Source of the DNA: a virus
Taxonomy: Duplodnaviria; Heunggongvirae; Uroviricota; Caudoviricetes
DNA length: 7,847 nucleotides
Direction: 5' to 3' (one strand)
Virus record (IMG/VR): IMGVR_UViG_3300029847_000134
The position numbers and the translations under genes were made by a program. Positions 5,406 through 7,847 of this stretch are shown here, in pieces. Below the pieces are notes generated by a model. The model had not been told where the DNA came from. It searched no databases and saw only the letters and a list, made by a program, of their open reading frames with translations. Position 1 is the stretch's first letter. Each line of letters begins with the position of its first letter.

Positions 5406-7847
5406 TTAACCGTCATGCATCATGCTGGCACGGGCGCGCGCACGTTTATCCCGCTCGTATTTTTCGAGCGCATCCTGTAACTGGCGGTCGAGCTGAGTCC
5501 CCGGCGCAGTACTGCCCGTCAGACTGATGTGATATTCGTTTTTACTCTGGTCCACATAAGAGCGGCCAGCCGGTGCCGTGACCGGCTGATAAGCCTGATA
5601 GCCTGCATAAGAGCTGGTCGCCGGAATATAACCACCGCTGCCATACGTGGCGGCTTGAGTTCTGGCGGCGGTCTGGTCAAGTGTGTCTGACTCTTTGTTG
5701 ATAACACCGAGTTTTTCCAGTACCCAGTCAATACCGCTGCGCAGTTTGTTGAACGCATTAAGCGGCAGCATCAGCGCGTCAGCCAGTGCCTGCCCGAACA
5801 TGACCCCCGTGTCACGGCAACTGTTCAGGGTGTCCTGAGTGGCTTTGACCGGGGCAATCAGGTTTTTAAACCACTGCCACGCGGCCTGTAACTTTTCACC
5901 CAGCCAGTCAAACACCGGCTTAAGTGGCGTGAACAGTTCCCCCACCGGCGCAAATGCCGCTTTCAGCCCTTCCACCACACCGCCAAAGAATGCGCTGACA
6001 GGCTCCCAGTATTTACGAATAAGCAACGCCCCGGCGACAATGGCGGCCACCACAGCCACAACCGGCCAGCTAATCGCCCCGATGGCCGTCATAACAGCAC
6101 TGCCAACCGTCGTGAAGATTGCACCCATTGCGCCTGCTGCCGCGATGATGGCATTGATGCCGGTGATAACCGGCCAGGCTACGAGGCCAATGGCACCGAT
6201 GACGCCAGTCAGCGCCAGTGCGCCACCGACAATGAGGCCGATGGTTGACGCCAGTGATTTGTTTTTCTGGATCCAGCCGTCGAGTTTTAACACATACTTT
6301 GTGGCCGTCTGTGTGAGCTTACGCAGTGCGCCTTCCTGCTGGTCAAACAGGTCAGTCCCCACCGCCTCATAAGCGGACTGAAACTCCTTAAAGTCACCGC
6401 CGAGGTTGTCCTGCATGATATTTACCAGCTCTGCGGTCTTCCCGTCTGAGGCTTTAAACGCAGCGGTCAGTTTGTCCAGCTTTCCGGTTGAGGCTGCAGT
6501 CATCAGCACGGCGGCGGCTGAGCTGGCCTCCTCCCCGAAAATGGTTTTCATGTATTCAGCCTGCTGGGCAGTACCGAGCCGGTTTTTCTCAAAACTGGCC
6601 TGCATTTCTTTCAGAATGGTAAATACTGGCCGGGTATTCCCCTTGCTGTCTGAGGTTTTCACGCCAAGCTCTTTGAGTGCATCCCATGCTTTTCCCGTCG
6701 GTGCCTGCAGGCGACTTAACACGGCACGGCTTCCCGTCCCCGCCATTGAACCGGTAATTTTTGCATCATGCAGCGCCCCGACCATTGCGGCGGTTTCTTC
6801 AATGCTGACACCGGCATTTTTTGCCACAGGTGCGGCATAGGTCAGCGCATCGCTCATGCCGTCAAAATCGGCGGCGGTTTTGTTCATCGTCATGGAGAGA
6901 ACATCCCCGATATGAGCGACCTTATCGTTTGAAAGCTGAAAGGCGGATTTCATCCCCATCAGCAGGGCGGCGTTTTCTTCCATCGTGCGGCGGTTCGCCA
7001 GTGCCATATTCAGCGTGACCGGCGTTGCCGCCTGAATGGCATCAACATCCCCACCGGCTTTCGCAATGATAATCTGTGCACCGGCTGCATCATCCGCCGA
7101 GGCGGCAGTATTGTCACCGAGCTGGCGCGCCTGCTTGCGGAGTGCGGCCATTTCGGCGGAGTCTTTTGCCACACCTAGCACGGCCTGCAATTCTGAGTTT
7201 TTCTGCGCAAACTCATAACCGGGCATCAGTAGCTTAACACCGGCCATCGTTCCCGCCACCGCAATCCCCACACCGGCAGCGCCCACTGAGGCCATATTTC
7301 CGGCCAGTTCCTTTCCGGACTGATAACGCTGTTTTACTGCGTTAAGTTTTGCCTGTTGCGCACTGACACGCGCCAGCGCGTCGCGCTGACGGTTAAGCTG
7401 TGCGGTGGTTTCACTGATACGGTTTTTCAGTCCCTGCTCATCATGTGCAAGATTGCGGGTATTAATTCCCACAGCGGCCAGTTCCCGCTGCTGGCGTTTA
7501 ACGGAATCTGTCAGGCGGTTATATTTCGCCTGTAAGTCCTCCGCCGCACGCTTTGCGGATTCCAGCACTTTCGCCTGAGCACGGGTCGGACGTTCGGTGT
7601 TTTTAAACTGTGTGGCAAGGGCTTCGGCTTCCTGCCGAGCCTTTTCAAGTGCATGACCAGTCACGGCGAGCTGTGCACTGGTCTTGCGAAATCCCTCAAT
7701 ACGGGATGCGTGACCGTTCAGCTCGCGCAGTGATTTTTGTGTTTCCCGGATATCCCCCGACAGCGACCTGCTCGCTGTACGGATGGATTTAAACGGGCGG
7801 GATGCCTGGTCAACAGCCCTGAGCAATACCTGTAATTTTACATTGTT
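5406..7847 (-). CDS. T: P2 gpT-like tail tape measure protein; N-terminus truncated by the window edge
   Basis: Reading frame is open from the window edge to TAA at 5406-5408; the ORF-track start at 7826 is a TTG with open frame upstream. At least 813 codons fall in the window, against about 815 aa recalled for P2 gpT. N-terminal coiled-coil-like Q/A/R/K-rich region, central Gly/Ala-rich hydrophobic segments, position upstream of U. Confidence 0.88.
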   Translation of the reverse strand, partial: NNVKLQVLLRAVDQASRPFKSIRTASRSLSGDIRETQKSLRELNGHASRIEGFRKTSAQLAVTGHALEKARQEAEALATQFKNTERPTRAQAKVLESAKRAAEDLQAKYNRLTDSVKRQQRELAAVGINTRNLAHDEQGLKNRISETTAQLNRQRDALARVSAQQAKLNAVKQRYQSGKELAGNMASVGAAGVGIAVAGTMAGVKLLMPGYEFAQKNSELQAVLGVAKDSAEMAALRKQARQLGDNTAASADDAAGAQIIIAKAGGDVDAIQAATPVTLNMALANRRTMEENAALLMGMKSAFQLSNDKVAHIGDVLSMTMNKTAADFDGMSDALTYAAPVAKNAGVSIEETAAMVGALHDAKITGSMAGTGSRAVLSRLQAPTGKAWDALKELGVKTSDSKGNTRPVFTILKEMQASFEKNRLGTAQQAEYMKTIFGEEASSAAAVLMTAASTGKLDKLTAAFKASDGKTAELVNIMQDNLGGDFKEFQSAYEAVGTDLFDQQEGALRKLTQTATKYVLKLDGWIQKNKSLASTIGLIVGGALALTGVIGAIGLVAWPVITGINAIIAAAGAMGAIFTTVGSAVMTAIGAISWPVVAVVAAIVAGALLIRKYWEPVSAFFGGVVEGLKAAFAPVGELFTPLKPVFDWLGEKLQAAWQWFKNLIAPVKATQDTLNSCRDTGVMFGQALADALMLPLNAFNKLRSGIDWVLEKLGVINKESDTLDQTAARTQAATYGSGGYIPATSSYAGYQAYQPVTAPAGRSYVDQSKNEYHISLTGSTAPGTQLDRQLQDALEKYERDKRARARASMMHDG

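Larger units (their letters stand above)
3320..7847 (-). mobile_element. P2-like (Peduovirus-type) prophage, ogr-proximal arm: att core, ogr, D, U, T; continues beyond the window end
   Basis: Gene order and orientation T-U-D-ogr-att is the canonical P2 late-region end. Protein lengths match P2 (D 387 aa, U 159 aa, Ogr 72 aa). Confidence 0.9.

Noticed and set aside
5519-6840. ORFs nested in or antisense to the tape measure gene (79 aa on the minus strand; 177 aa and 144 aa on the + strand)
   Set aside because: The T frame is continuous and protein-like across this span. The alternatives are Ala/Ser/Pro-rich artefacts of GC-rich antisense or off-frame reading.
1-7847. CRISPR arrays, tRNA genes, integrase, toxin-antitoxin or defense-system candidates
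   Set aside because: No direct-repeat/spacer periodicity, no tRNA-like cloverleaf sequence, and every sizeable ORF is accounted for by host genes or P2 structural and regulatory genes.

Overview
This window reads as an Escherichia coli-type chromosomal locus running from core genes into one arm of a P2-like prophage; I see no evidence of an undescribed system. Host side (+ strand): the 3' end of sensor kinase baeS, response regulator baeR (ATGA-coupled), a REP element, yegP, the U32-family gene trhP/yegQ (interrupted by three N-runs), then the CRP-dependent sRNA CyaR. The 27-bp P2-type attachment core coincides with the CyaR terminator at 3320-3346, and from there to the window end the minus strand carries the P2 late-region end: ogr, tail gene D, tail gene U and tape-measure gene T (N-terminus runs off the window). 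No integrase, cargo or defense genes lie between D, ogr and the att core. The main caveat is the N-masked segments in trhP, whose lengths do not conserve reading frame. All identifications rest on recalled protein and RNA sequences plus motifs visible in the sequence; no database search was run.
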